NCBI RefSeq assembly: GCF_009914755.1
Contig: NC_060926.1
Strand: one strand, 5' to 3'
From: the human T2T-CHM13v2.0 reference genome, Homo sapiens
Length of the DNA: 64,000 bases
Shown here: positions 27,822 to 39,859 of the stretch, in pieces
How positions within the stretch are numbered: the stretch's first letter is position 1
How the letters are laid out: each line of letters starts with the position of its first letter
Program-made: the position numbers and the translations under genes
The notes under the pieces: model-generated
The model's database searches: none
What the model was told of the DNA's origin: nothing
The model's input: only the letters and a program-made list of their open reading frames with translations

Positions 27822-28912
27822 TACTAAAAAGCTTCTGTACAGCAAAAGAAATAATCAGCAGAGTAAACAGAGAGCCTAGGAAATGGGAGAAAATCTTTGT
27901 AAACAATGCATCCAAAAAAAAGTTAATATCGCAAATCTACAAAAATCAAACAACTCAACAACCACACAAGAAAGAAAAGGCACAAATACTTCCATTAAAA
28001 TGTGGGAAAGAGCACAAGCAGAAACTTTCAAAAGATGGCATTTAAGTGGCTGACAAACATGAAAATATGCTCAAATTCACTAATTATCAGAGAAATGCAA
28101 ATTGAAGCCACAATTCAAGACCATCTTATACCAGTAAACAACAGATGTTGGTTAAGATGCAGAGTAAAGGGAATGCTTATACACTGTTGGAAATGTAAAT
28201 TAGTAGTACCTCTATGGAAAACAGTATAGAGATTTGTCAATGTACTAAAAATGGAATTATCATTTGATCCAGCAATCCTACTACTGTGTATCTACTCAAA
28301 GGAAAATAAATCATTTTTTTCAAAAAGACACCTGCACTGGTTTGTTTACTGCAACACCATTCACAATAGCAAAGATACGGAATCAACCAAAATGTCTACC
28401 AATTGACAATTAAATTTAAAAAGTCATATATATATACACACATACACACATATATATACTATATATACACTATATATATTAAATTTAAAAAGTCATATAT
28501 ATACACACACACGTATGTACACACACACACACACACACACACACAATGGAATACTACTCAGACATAAAAAATAATAAATAACAGCTTTTGCCCAAACAGG
28601 AATGGAATTAGAGGTCATAATCTTTACTGAAATGACTCAGAAACAGAAAGTCAAAAACTGCTCACATGTTTTCACTTATAAGTGAGAGTTAAACAATGGG
28701 TACACATGGACATAAGGAATGGAATAATAGACATTGGAGATTCCAAAAGCACAGAGGGTGGGAAGGGAAGGAGGGATGAAATACTACATGCTGTGTACAA
28801 TGTACACTATCTTGGTGATGGGTGCAATAAAGCTCAGACTTCAACAGTATGCAGTATATCCACATAATACAACTGCATTGTACCGCTAAATCTATAAACA
28901 TAAAAAATTAAA
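27822..28912 (+). mobile_element. L1PB/L1MA 3' end (decayed ORF2 C-terminus plus 3' UTR)
   Basis: actaaaaagcttctgtacagcaaaagaaataatc..catttgatccagcaatcc..atggaatactactca..aatgtacactatcttggtgatggg; internal (TA)/(CA) tract at 28425-28545. Confidence 0.92.
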
Positions 28913-30063
28913 TTTAAAATTTAATACATATTTTTAAACTTGGAGTTGGCATCAAAATCTTCATATAAAAAAACACCCGAATAGCAAACCTGCAAGCACT
29001 TCTGGTAATGGCATAACATTAGCATCAGATTGGCAGAAAAACAATCACACCATAAACTCTATTCTTGGGCACTTTCTAATACTTCTAATCCCTCTATAGT
29101 ACAAAAACAACAGATATTCAGAACCTAAATCTGTGACCTACTGTGAAATTCTTTGGAAAGGATCTAGTGGTTTTTTACAATACCCATGTCCATTGCTAAA
29201 GCTTTGTAAATCAATCCTAAACAAACATACCTCCGCAGTGAGTATAAATAGACTAGGGAAAATTTCTCAATGCTGGGAGAGAACACCTAATGTATGAAGA
29301 CTCAGAATAATTTCCTCTTTAAAAGTGTATTTGCATGAACATTTAGAAGAAAACTTTAGAGAATATCTGATTTGTACTCTCAAGGAAAATCATGAGGCTA
29401 TAGCCTTCGTGAAATTAATTTGAATCAACATGAGAAAAGGAGAATCATAGAAAAGTAAAAAATTTGCAGATAGAAAAGGCACAAAACTGATTTTTTAAGA
29501 GGCATAAAAAAGCTCACTGAGTCTTAGACTGAACTAATGAAAAGGATGTCCATCTAGCTATATTAAGGCGGAAATGTAAGATGCTTATAATGATGATAAA
29601 TAATGACTCACTAACCTGCAGAAGAAGAAAAATGGCACTGGTGTTAACCTTGTCCAATGTAGATTACAAAGGGATATTAACTGTAGAGATTTGAAGGGGA
29701 AAAAATATAATACATCCTCAGAGTTTAGCACCAAGCAAACTTTAGTTATTAGAGAAAGGTAAACAAAAAGTTGTTAAATGCAAATGCTCAAAAATAAATC
29801 AACTAAGTACAATCCTTGAATGTTATTCCCATGTTAAATAAGAGACTAGCAATCAAAAGAGCATTTAAGAGATGATTGGAAATTTTAAAAATTGCTTAAA
29901 AACAAAGAAATACAAAAGTATTTTTAAAGTTAAAAATTATATTTGATTTAGGTCTTCGAATTTCTTTACTATTCAGTAAGACCAAGTTTTTAAAAAAACC
30001 GGGAAAGAAAAAAGAAAAGGTCAGTGGAATCTGCTTCTAAAAACCATTAAATTCTTCTCTTGG

Positions 30064-30729
30064 TGTGGAGGAAATATAATTTTAAATTTGAACTCAGTTG
30101 AACATGGACACAGATAATAGTCACCAAGTCCTGGGACAGGTTGTATGAGCCCCTTGAGGCTTTCTTTCATCCAGCACTGTTTCAGAGAAATTTCTATTTC
30201 CATCTATTCCTATAGGTTAGCTATTAAAAAAAATAGACAATCACAAAAACAAATTGACCTTTTTGTGTTCCTTGAGCCCAGTCATGAAGGGCCCTTGTGA
30301 CTGGACCTCATGCGAAACAACTCTGTACAAGAAGAGCTAGGGTCCCAGACTGCACCGAAGCCTCATGAGACCTCTCCTCCTCTGTGCACAGACGAGTGGC
30401 CAACTCTGGAGGCCAGGCAGTTGGTTCCTGGTCTGGTGGTGAATCCTCCATAGTCTAGTGAGTGCAGTGTCTGACTCTGGAGCCCAGGCTGTTGATTTCC
30501 AGTCTGGTGGTGAATCCTCCATAGTCTGGTGAGTGTAAATATCTTTTCCCTTCTCCCCTTCCCATTGCAATTTGCTTATTATATCAATCTGCTTATATCA
30601 TTTGCTTATTATTATATCATTTGCTTATTATATCTGCATTGCCATATACATGGGATAAAGGCTGTTTACCCTTAAAGGTACTGTGTGTGTGTCTTTTCTT
30701 CTCCCCTCATGCGTTTCCCGCACAGAACA
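30064..30729 (+). repeat. 5' LTR (LTR66-like)
   Basis: TGTGGAGGAAA..CAGAACA; direct repeat of 33851-34537, roughly 88-90% identical by eye. Confidence 0.92.
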
Positions 30730-30733
30730 TTTT

Positions 30734-30756
30734 TGGCGTCACGAACAGGATTCGAA
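30734..30756 (+). promoter_or_regulatory. Primer binding site complementary to tRNA-Ser(CGA)
   Basis: TGGCGTCACGAACAGGATTCGAA, 4 nt after the LTR CA. It is the reverse complement of the recalled tRNA-Ser-CGA 3' end ..TTCGAATCCTGTTCGTGACG-CCA. Confidence 0.88.
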
Positions 30757-30869
30757 AAGGAAAGTATGCCACTTTTTGGACACAAGGACAGGGCTGGACA
30801 TCCCATGTCCCGGGATGGGAACTCCCCCAGTTCTCCTCCTTGGCAATTGAATAGTCCAGGGTAACTGGC

Positions 30870-31170
30870 CTTTATGAAAATTGGGAATCTAAATTAGTGC
30901 ATTTTGAACCATTGGCTTTGTGTGAGGTGCTGCATGTAACCCAGATGGTAAAGGGGACGCTGAGGGAATTTCCCGGCATGGATGGTGCTTGCTTACTGCT
31001 TGTAAGTTTATGTGTCAAGATAGGGACTGGTTGCTACAGAAGAAATGTAAGCTGGAAAAGAAAAATGCTAATCTGACTTCCAGACTGGCCCTGGCCCAAT
31101 GCCAGGCCTATGCCTTGACTGATCAGGCTCAAAGCTATCAGCCTATTGCTGAAAAAAGCGGCTGTCTGAG
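30870..31170 (+). pseudogene. ERV gag N-terminal remnant
   Basis: Lies between PBS and pol; helical/coiled-coil-like reading LLTACKFMCQDRDWLLQKKCKLEKKNANLTSRLALAQCQAYALTDQAQ. Confidence 0.5.
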
Positions 31171-31179
31171 TGGCCTGGG

Positions 31180-32480
31180 TCAGGCTAAAACTGAAGAACT
31201 AGTCAAACGTGGTTTGTAGCAGGTAAAAACCCAGCTCCTATCTCAACTATGGGAAATTAATCCTAGTAAAATTCAAGGACCTGCACAAACTATAAAATTC
31301 CTTGGCATCCTATGGAATAAGGGAAATAGTCCATTTTACCAAAGGCTATAGCTAAAATACTAGAATTTGCAACCGCTATCACTAAGAAGGAGGCTCAGAA
31401 ATTTATTGGCTTGTTTGGATTATGGAAGCATCATATTCCTCACGTGGGTAACATTTTACAACATCTGCATGAAGACGCTAGAAAACGCTATGACTTTCAC
31501 TGGGGACAGAAAGACAGCATGGTTTTTGAACAAGCTAAACAACCAGTGCAACTGGCCCTAAATCTATGACTCATACAGGATGGGTGAGTAAAACTGCAAG
31601 TAACTGTCCTAGATCAACATGCTAATTGAAGCCTTTGGCAAAAACAAGATGGGAAGAGTGTACCTTTGTGGCTATGCATCCGGGAGCTGCCAGAGGCCAG
31701 CAAAGCTTACACACCTTTCAAAAAGCAACTGTCAGCTTGCTGTTGAGCTTTGCTGGAAACAGAGCACCTCTGCCTCAACCATGATGTCTTTATGAGGCCT
31801 AAAATTCCTGTTATGATTTGGCTCATGAGTTCCCTCAAAACTCACTGGATAGGGCAGACCCAAGAAAGTAGCATCATAAAATGGAAATAGTATATTCAAG
31901 ACCAGGCTAAGCCAAAACCAAAGGGGGTATCACTTTTACATGAGAATGTTCAAAACTTTCCAGTCCTGCAGATAGGGAAGGAAACCTCCCTTGCCCAATG
32001 GGGCAAATCCTTTATAAGAACTAAGCCCAGAGGATCAGACACATGCTTGGTTTACTGATGAATCTGCCAGATATATTGATGGGACCCGATGCTGGAAGTC
32101 TGTAGCTTGCAATCCTGTTAAAAACATAAGCATTTCTGATGAAAGAATGAAGGAAGGGGTGGGAGCAGCCAGCTGGCTGAACTAGAAGCCACCATCCAAG
32201 CTATTCAGGAGGAGGCCAAGGGATTTGTCACTTGAATACCAACTCTTGGTCAGTAGCAAATGGTCTTACTACCTGGATGCCCCAATGGCAACAAAACAAA
32301 TGGTTAATTGGGAATAAAGAGGTTTGGGGAAAACAATACTGGGAAGATATCCTAATCCTAGCGCACACTACCATTATCACTGTTTTCTATGTTGATGCTC
32401 ATGCACCTCTTTTTTCTCTTGACAGACTATTTAATCAGCAGGCAGATCAACAGGCCAAAATTTCCACCATAACAGCAAAC
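31180..32480 (+). pseudogene. ERVL-type pol remnant: RT C-terminal part, tether and RNase H, with stops and frameshifts
   Basis: WEINPSKIQGPAQTIKFLGILW; TKKEAQKFIGLFGLWKHHIPH; WFTDESA (32048); SSQLAELEA; TNSWSVANGL..VDAH..FNQQADQQAKI. Confidence 0.9.
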
Positions 32481-32489
32481 TTAAATGTG

Positions 32490-32735
32490 GATGGATTACA
32501 ACACGTTCAAGCCTTGCAATGGCAGGCATTATAATGTATGGTGGTATAACTGTTAGTAATTACCAGGGAGAGTTAGAAATCATTTTATACAATATCGCTC
32601 CAGAGTCTTTTGCTATAAAACCGCAGATGCAGGTTGCTTAATTGTTAGTGGTACCTTGCCAACAATTAACCCCCAAGGAAATTTCTGCCCCCAATAGAAA
32701 CAACATATAGAACTGGAGAATTCAGGTCCACCAGA
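32490..32735 (+). pseudogene. ERV dUTPase remnant
   Basis: ITTRSSLAMAGIIMYGGITVSNYQGELEIILYN..QVA*LLVVPC and RTGEFRST correspond to trimeric dUTPase motifs II, III, IV and V. Confidence 0.8.
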
Positions 32736-32904
32736 GTGGGCAACTTAAATCCTGGTGCCAAAATATGGGTCCAGTGTCCATCAGATCCCATCCCTAAGGC
32801 TGGTGACCTTGTAGCTATGGGAGCAGAAAATGAAGGCAGAGTACAATTTCCTAAAGATGAAAAATGATATCATGTTCCCCTCCGCTTTTGTTATTACAGA
32901 GAAT

Positions 32905-33790
32905 AACCTATCTGCTAGTAATCAGTACTTGAGTCATCATGTCTGAGGCTGGGAATGAGTTCATCCCCTGGGTAGCCACCACTGCAACACAAGCCAACCA
33001 CAGTCAGTGCTGGCTATGTGCCAAGTTGCCAGCTGCAGGGAATGAATTACCTTGGAAAATTATCTCTGCCAACATTTCCGAGTGGCTATGTCACTACCAA
33101 TGGGGTCAGGAGGATAGCACCTGTAGTACAACCTGGACTTCTTTTAACCAAACCAAACAGTCTATTTTTGCCCAAGCCCAAAGAAACACAGCATCTTTGT
33201 TACTTAAATAACATATTGCAACAGTACAATTATAGTCAAACCATTGCTGTCCCCTGGGAGCCCTTAGGGTATGTGGGTCCTCTGGAGAGTGATACCTATC
33301 CCCACATTGGATGGGGAGATGCACTTGAGGGTGGCCATTAATTCTATTCACCATCTGGGATGATATTCCCCTCCCCAGTAATCTAAATGCTTACAAACAT
33401 CACTGGTAATAAATGTGCCGGACTCCCTGGTGGTGGTACCCTATCACAGTATTCACCCCTGCCACCGGTATAATCCTGCCTCAGCAACAAGTTAAAATAT
33501 TAAGCTTACATGTAGAAAAAGCTCTTAACGATAGTAGCACTGGACTTGTGTTGTTATCAGATGAATTTGCTCAGCTGAGTACTGTTGTGTTGGAAAATCG
33601 AATGACATTAGATATGCTTACCACAGCCCAAGGAGGGGTTTATGCCTTACTGCATACTTAATGTTATGTGTATATCCCTGACAATTCTCACAATATTACT
33701 CTCCTTGAGAAGCCGTGGTGGTGTGGTTTTTATTAATTGTGGTTTTAATTCTCCTCTGCTTACCCTGTATCTGTAACCTATAGCAACTAT
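32905..33790 (+). pseudogene. Gamma-type env remnant (shortened SU plus TM)
   Basis: SQCWLC in SU; TM heptad and ISD VVLENRMTLDMLTTAQGGV, decayed CX6CC (YALLHT*CYVYIPDNS), then a hydrophobic anchor. Confidence 0.85.
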
Positions 33791-33850
33791 GACTTCCCCG
33801 TGTATCTCTAAGGGTATTTTCCTACAATTGAGTATCAAATTGAGGCCAAG

Positions 33851-34537
33851 TGTAGAGGAAAAGTTAAAAATTAAATTCAAACTCAATTGAACATGGACAC
33901 AAACAATGGTCACCAAGTCCTGGAACAGGTTGTATGAGCCCCTTGAGGCTTTCATCCAGCACTGTTTTGGAGAAACCTCTATTTCAATCTCTTCCTATAT
34001 GGTAGTTATTAAAAAACAATAGACAATCATAAAAACAAGTTGACCTTTTTTGTGTTCCTTGAGCACAGTCATGAAGGGCCCTTGTGACTGGACTTCATAC
34101 CAAACAACTTGTTACAAAAAGAGCTAGGGTCCCAGACTGCGCTGAAGCTTCCTGAGACCTCTCCCCATCTGTGCATGGATAAGTGGCTGAGTCTGGAGCC
34201 CAGGCCATTGCTTCCGGGTCTGATGGTGAATCCTCCATAGCCTGGTGAGTGCAGTGTCCGACTCTGGAGCCCAGGCTGTTGCTTCCCAGTCTGGTGGTGA
34301 ATCCATCATAGCCTGCTGAGTGTAAATATCTTTTCCCTTCTTCGATTCCCATTGAAATTTACTTATTATGTTCAATCTGCTTATTATGTCAATTTCCTTT
34401 TTATATCATTTGCTTATTATTATATCATTTGCTTATTATACTGCATTTCCATTTACATGGGATAAAGGTTGTTTTCCCCTTAAAGATACTGTGTGTGTGT
34501 CTTTTCTTCTCCTCTCATGCGTTTCCCACACAGAACG
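33851..34537 (+). repeat. 3' LTR (LTR66-like)
   Basis: TGTAGAGGAAAAG..CAGAACG; repeat of the 5' LTR. Confidence 0.92.
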
Positions 34538-34554
34538 GTTGGTAATAGGGATGT

Positions 34555-34675
34555 GGCAAAAAAAGTTAATTAGCTTGATAGTGATAATCATTTCACAATA
34601 TACAGGTATATCAAAACATCATGTTGTTTGTAAATTCTACTACAATAAACCTTTACATTTTGTAAAAATATATTA
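34555..34675 (+). mobile_element. L1M 3' terminal fragment
   Basis: gttaattagcttgatagtgataatcatttcacaatatacaggtatatcaaaacatcatgttg. Confidence 0.7.
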
Positions 34676-34730
34676 ACTAGGAAGCAAATAAGAGAAGTAA
34701 AATAAAATCAAATAAATAAGTAATTAAATA

Positions 34731-37410
34731 AGCCAGGTGCAGTGGCTCATGCCTTTAATCCTAGTAATTTGAGAGGCTGAGGCAGGAGGACAGCTTGAGC
34801 CCAGGAGTTTGAGACCAATATGGGTAACTCAGTGAGACCCTGTGTATTAGTCCATTCTCACACTTCTATAAAGAACTACCTGAGACTGGGCAATTTATGA
34901 ATAAAAGAGGTTAAATTGATGCAGAATTCTGCAGGCTTAACAGGAAGCATGACTGGGAAGCCTCAGGAAACTTACAATCATAGTGGACAGAGAAGGGGAA
35001 GCAAGCATGTCTTACCATGGCAGACCAAAAGAGAGAGAGTGAAGAGGAACATGCTACACACTTTGAAACCATCATAACTCATGAAAACTCAGCCACTATC
35101 ACAAGAACAGCAAGGGGAAAATCTGCCATCATGATCCAATCACCTCCCACCAAGGTCCCCCGCTTATTTGACAAGGGATTTGGGCAGGGACACAAATCCA
35201 AATCATATCATTCTGCCCCGGCCCCTCCCAAATCTCCTGTCCTTCTCAAACTGCAAAATACAATTATCTCTTCTCAATAATACCTCAGTCTTAATGCATT
35301 TCAGCCTTAACTTAAAAGTCCACAGTCAAAAGTCTCATCTGAGACAAGGTAAGTCCCTTTCACCTATGAACCTGTAAAATCAAAAAAAGTTAGGTACTTC
35401 CAAAATACAATGGGGGTACAGGCATTGGGTAAATATTCCCACTCCAAATGAAAGAAATTGGCCAAAACAAAGAAGCTACAGGCTCCACACAATTCCAAAA
35501 CCAAGTGGGCAGTCATTTAATCTTAAAGCTCCAAAATAATCACCTTTGACTCAATGTGTCATATCCAGGGCACACTGATGCTAGGGGTGGGTTCTCAAGG
35601 CCTTGGGCAGCTCCGCCCCTATGGCTTTGCAGGGTTCAGCCCCTGTGGCTGCTCTCATGGGCTGGCATTGAGTGCCTACAGCTCTTTCAGCACATTGTGC
35701 AAGCTGTCTGTGGATCTACCATTCTGAGGTCTGAAAGAGGGAGGCCCCCTTCTCACAGCTTCATGTGGCAGTGCCCCAGTGGAGACTGTGTGTGGGCTCC
35801 CAGCCCACATTTCCCCCTACCCTGACCTGGTAGAGGTTCTGCATGGGGGCTCTGCCCCTGCAGCAGATTTCTGCCTGGATATCCAGGAATTTTCATACAT
35901 CCTCTGAAATCTAGCAGAGTTTCCTAAACTTCAACTCTTGCCTTCTGTGCACTTGAAAGCCCAACACTTTGTGGAAGCCACCAAGGTTTGGGGTTTGCAC
36001 CCTCTGAAGCAATGGCCCAAGCTGTACCTTGCCCTCTTTTAGCCATGGCTGGAAGTGGAGCAGCTGGGACACAGGGCACCATGTCCCAAGGCTGCAGAGA
36101 GCAGCAGTGCCCTAGGCCTATCCCAGGAAACCATTTTTCCCTCCTAGGTCTCTGGGCCTGTGATGGGAGGGGCTGATGCAAGGGTCTCTGATATGTGCTG
36201 GAGGCATTTTCCCCATTGTCTTGGTTATTAACATTCGGCTCCTCCTTACTTAGGCAAACTTCTGCAGCTGGCTAGAATTTCTCCGGAGAAAATGGGTTTC
36301 CTTTACTACTGCATAGCTGGGTTGCAAATTTTCCAAACTTTTTATGCTCTGCTTCCTTTTTAAATATAAGTTCTCTTTGTTTATGCAAATGAGCGTAGAC
36401 TTTTAGGAGCAGCAAGGCCACCTCTTCAATGTTTTGCTGCTTAGAAATTTCTTCCATTAGATACTCAAAATCTCAAGTTCAAAGTTCCACAGATCTCTAG
36501 AGCAGGAGCAAAATGCCACCAGTGTCTTTGCTAAAGCAAAATAAGAGTGACCTTTGTTCCAGTTCCCAGTAAGTTCCTCATCTCCCTCTGATACCTCTTC
36601 AGCATGGAATTCACTGTTCATATCACTATCAGCATTTTTGTCACAACCATTCAACAAGTTTCCATGAAGTTCCAAACTTTTCCACGTCTTCCTGTCTTCT
36701 TCTGAGCCTTCCAAACTGTTCCAACCTTTGCCTATTGCCCAGTTCCAAAGCTGCTTCCACATTTTCAGGTATCTGTATAGCAGTGCCCCACTCTTCTGGT
36801 ACCAATTTTCTGTATTAGTCCATTTTCACACTGCTATAAAAAACTATAAAAATTATACCACTGCTATAAAAAAGACTGTGCAATTTATTAAGGAAAGAGA
36901 TTTAATTGACTTACAGTTCCTCGGGTATAACAGGAAGCATGTTTGGGAGACCTCAGGAAACTTACGATCATGGTGGAAGGTGAAGGGCAAGCTAGCACCT
37001 CTTACCATGGTAGAGCAGTAAAAAGAGAGAATGAAAAAGAAGGAAGTGCCACACACTTTTAAATTATTGAATATCATGAGAACTCACTCACTATCAAGAG
37101 AACAGCAAGGGGGAAATCTATCCCCATGAACCAATTACCTCCCACAAGCCCCTCCTCCAAATTGACATGACATTTGGGTGGGGACACAAATCCAAACCAT
37201 ATCATCCTGTCTGTACAAAAAAAAAAAAAATTTTAATTAGCTGGATGTGGTGACATGTGCCTATAGTGCCTGGCTACTTGGGAGGCTGAGGTGGTAGGAT
37301 TGCCTGAGCCTGGGAGGTTGAGGCTGCAGTCAGCCATGATTGCCCCACTGCAATCCAGCCTGGGTGGCAGAGCAAGATCCTGTCTCTAAATTAATTGATT
37401 AATTAATTAA
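34731..37410 (+). mobile_element. AluJ split by MSTA (parts 34731-34842 and 37205-37410)
   Basis: Left arm stops at gtgagaccctg and resumes tcctgtctgtacaaaaaaa..ttagctgg after the MaLR. Confidence 0.92.
34843..37204 (-). mobile_element. Full-length MSTA MaLR (LTR 34843-35210, internal 35211-36810, LTR 36811-37204)
   Basis: Both LTRs run tgtattagtccatt..catatca around a 1.6-kb MST-internal region. 5-bp near-TSD ccctg/tcctg. Confidence 0.95.
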
Positions 37411-38849
37411 AACTACTTACACAGGCTAAGAATAGCATGAAGGCTTCCAGTTCAAGAAAAGGCAAGTACTTTTCCCTTCTTCATAAAATTGCAATAAAAT
37501 TAAATTAAATGACTACATTTACTTTTTAATAAAAAGATCTGAAGTTTATAGACCACATGAGTACACAAGACATTTCAATAAACTTGTAGCAAAACAAAAG
37601 ATTGCAAAAGCCCTGTGAAATACCACAGAAATGTAGCAGTGGTGTGATGGGATTCAGCATTTTCTCTAGAATCCTCAAGGTTTGGGCAGGCCTAGTCAGG
37701 AATGGAGTGACATAACAGTGTGCAAGTTCACTCATGGCTGGGCTGTTTCATCACTATGCTAGTTGTCTCCCCACTTTAATCTAACTTCTCTCCCGACTGC
37801 TTCCTGAATTCCTGGGTGCATTTTATCTTGTGTGAAAACCAGAGGATTCTTTTCCAAAAAAAGCAGAAGCACTTACACTGAAGAAAATTTGATAGTTTAT
37901 ATGTATAAAAATTATCACCAACAGATAAATATAACCAAATTACACTTAGGTATAAGCACATTTTAAGGTTTTCAAAAGAGTTAAATTTATAGCTCAATTA
38001 TAAATAATAATAAATACTGGTCAAAACAGTTTCTAACTTAACACAAAGTTAAAGCATAATTTAAAATTTCAAATCAAAGGGACCATGGTTTAAGAAGATG
38101 GTTGGTAAGCACTGAAACCTTTGAGGGATATACTTAATTTTAAGTAATTGTTTTAATAAGGTTATTGAATTAGAGTAGGCTACCAGTGTGATCAGGGTGG
38201 GGAACCAAATTTTAGTGGCATAATACAAGTTTGCTTCTGGCTCACAAATAGGGCGAGGCCAGTGACCTGTGAGCAACATTCTATCTTGTGACTTCTTCAT
38301 CTCTTAGAGCCTTGAAATCTTCTGTAAGCCCATTTGTGTCCTGCTGGACCATGCAAGAAAGACTAAGGTTGACAAATCAAACAAAGTTTTTATTGGTTAT
38401 GCTTGAAATGCATTTATCATATGGACCTGCACGCTATTAGCAGTAACTCACACTATTCCACCTATATTGAAAAATGAAACCTACCTCTGTGCATATTAGG
38501 TAAGAGAAAAAGTTTTGTAAAAAATAGCCCAGTTTCTGCCAAAATTACAGAAAATGTAAAAAGATTATAAATGTCATCAGTAACTATTTTTTAAATTAAT
38601 AATAATTTGAAATAAAAAGCTGGGCATAAAACTGCAGTATAAGCCAGCACATGTTACTAATAGAAATCAGTAAATTATTATCATTTCCTCACATTCTTTA
38701 TGGGGAGGTTTTAAAATTAATATCTCCTATTTTCAACATTGATAATTAGAAGAAATAGATTTAGATAAGGAATCACAAAATTATAAAATTATAAAATGAT
38801 GCATATTTTCCGAGACACTATAGGAAAAAACATGTAAAATAGTACAAAT

Positions 38850-39310
38850 TAGAGACAATAAAATACAAACAAACATGCAAAAAAAAAAAACCCATAGTAT
38901 ACTGAAACCTAAAATGCATAAATCATGAAGTTCAACAAAACAAATAGAAAATTAAACATTTATTTTTAAAATTAAAAAAAAAAGCACCTGAAACTATGAT
39001 GGTTGACTGTCAAATATAATGCACAAAAAAGCTGGAAAACAAAAACATATGTATTATCTGTTTCCATTGACATAGAATTCAAAAACAGGCAAAAGACTGT
39101 ATTAAAACTCAGGATAATGTTAACGTATTTGAGGGCAGTCATTGGAGAAGCCACATGAGTAGATGCTTCCATTTTCCTGGGAGTATTCTATTTCTTTGTC
39201 TGGCTATTTTGTTGCACAGTTAGGTATACTTTATTCATATTCACTGATTCTTATAATTCTTATGACGACAAGCCAGTTTTATCTATAAAATATTTCAATA
39301 AAATATTTTT
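38850..39310 (+). mobile_element. Old L1ME/L1MC 3' fragment
   Basis: tttccattgacatagaattcaaaaacaggcaaaagact..ggagtattctatttctttgtctgg..tatttcaataaa. Confidence 0.6.
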
Positions 39311-39402
39311 AAAGCAAATATATTTGTTATAGAAACAAATGATTAAAGTATCCATGAATTACCACAAACGTCACCAGAATCATTTTGTTCTTTTTAGTGC
39401 TA

Positions 39403-39738
39403 GGACCTTCCATGTATAGAATAAGAATCTACATCTCCCTATACTTGTGAAGACTGATACTGTAGCTGTCATATATTGTGTGCCTCTAGCTCCAGTCACT
39501 GGTGAGTATACATGGCTTGGTGGAGCGGGCATCATGGTTGGGACAGGAATGAAACTAGACAGAGAAGAATGTGGAGAAGGGTAGATTCCTATGTGACCAC
39601 TAGGGTGAAACTCTGGTGCCTGAGCAACCACAACTCTTTGGACACCATTGTCTACACTAACCTGTGGGAAGTATCCAGGAGGCACACAGATAGGAGGCAC
39701 ATAACTCTGTGGGGACGTCACGTGAATTTGATCAGGCC
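39403..39738 (-). pseudogene. FNDC3A: Decayed intronless fragment of FNDC3A (N-terminal proline-rich region)
   Basis: VPPICVPPGYFPQVSVDNGVQRVVVAQAPEFHPSGH..FIPVPTMMPAPPSHVYSPVTGA versus recalled FNDC3A VPPIYVPPGYAPQVIEDNGVRRVVVVPQAPEFHPGSH..FIPVPTMMPPPPRHMYSPVTGA. A frameshift precedes YQSSQV*GDVDSYSIHGRS; no ATG start. The symbol names the parent gene. Confidence 0.88.
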
Positions 39739-39859
39739 TTCAGAAAACAAGAATAAAGAGTGCGGAGGGCCCAGCAAATTCAGATTACAGCCATGCTGCC
39801 CTTTCTAGGGAAGGTGAGGGGTAAGGACAGAACCACACACTGGTTGATGGGGGGACGGC

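Larger units (their letters stand above)
30064..34537 (+). mobile_element. Internally deleted class III provirus with two LTRs (LTR66/HERVL66-like, HERV-S group)
   Basis: LTRs at 30064-30729 and 33851-34537, PBS at 30734, gag/RT/RNase H/dUTPase/env remnants in order, near-TSD cttgg (30059-30063) and gttgg (34538-34542). Confidence 0.92.

Noticed and set aside
27822-28912. This L1 3' end as the displaced missing tail of the L1 at 47569-50220
   Set aside because: The two overlap by about 100 bp of L1 sequence but are only roughly 75% alike there, which fits independent insertions.
30403-30640. CRISPR-like array
   Set aside because: Two adjacent LTR-internal units with no unique spacers, in eukaryotic DNA with no cas genes.
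30734-30756. tRNA gene or tRNA pseudogene
   Set aside because: Only the 3' 23 nt including CCA are present, directly after an LTR, so it is a primer binding site.
32905-33790. Domesticated syncytin-like env
   Set aside because: Multiple stops and frameshifts, mutated CX6CC, and most of SU deleted.
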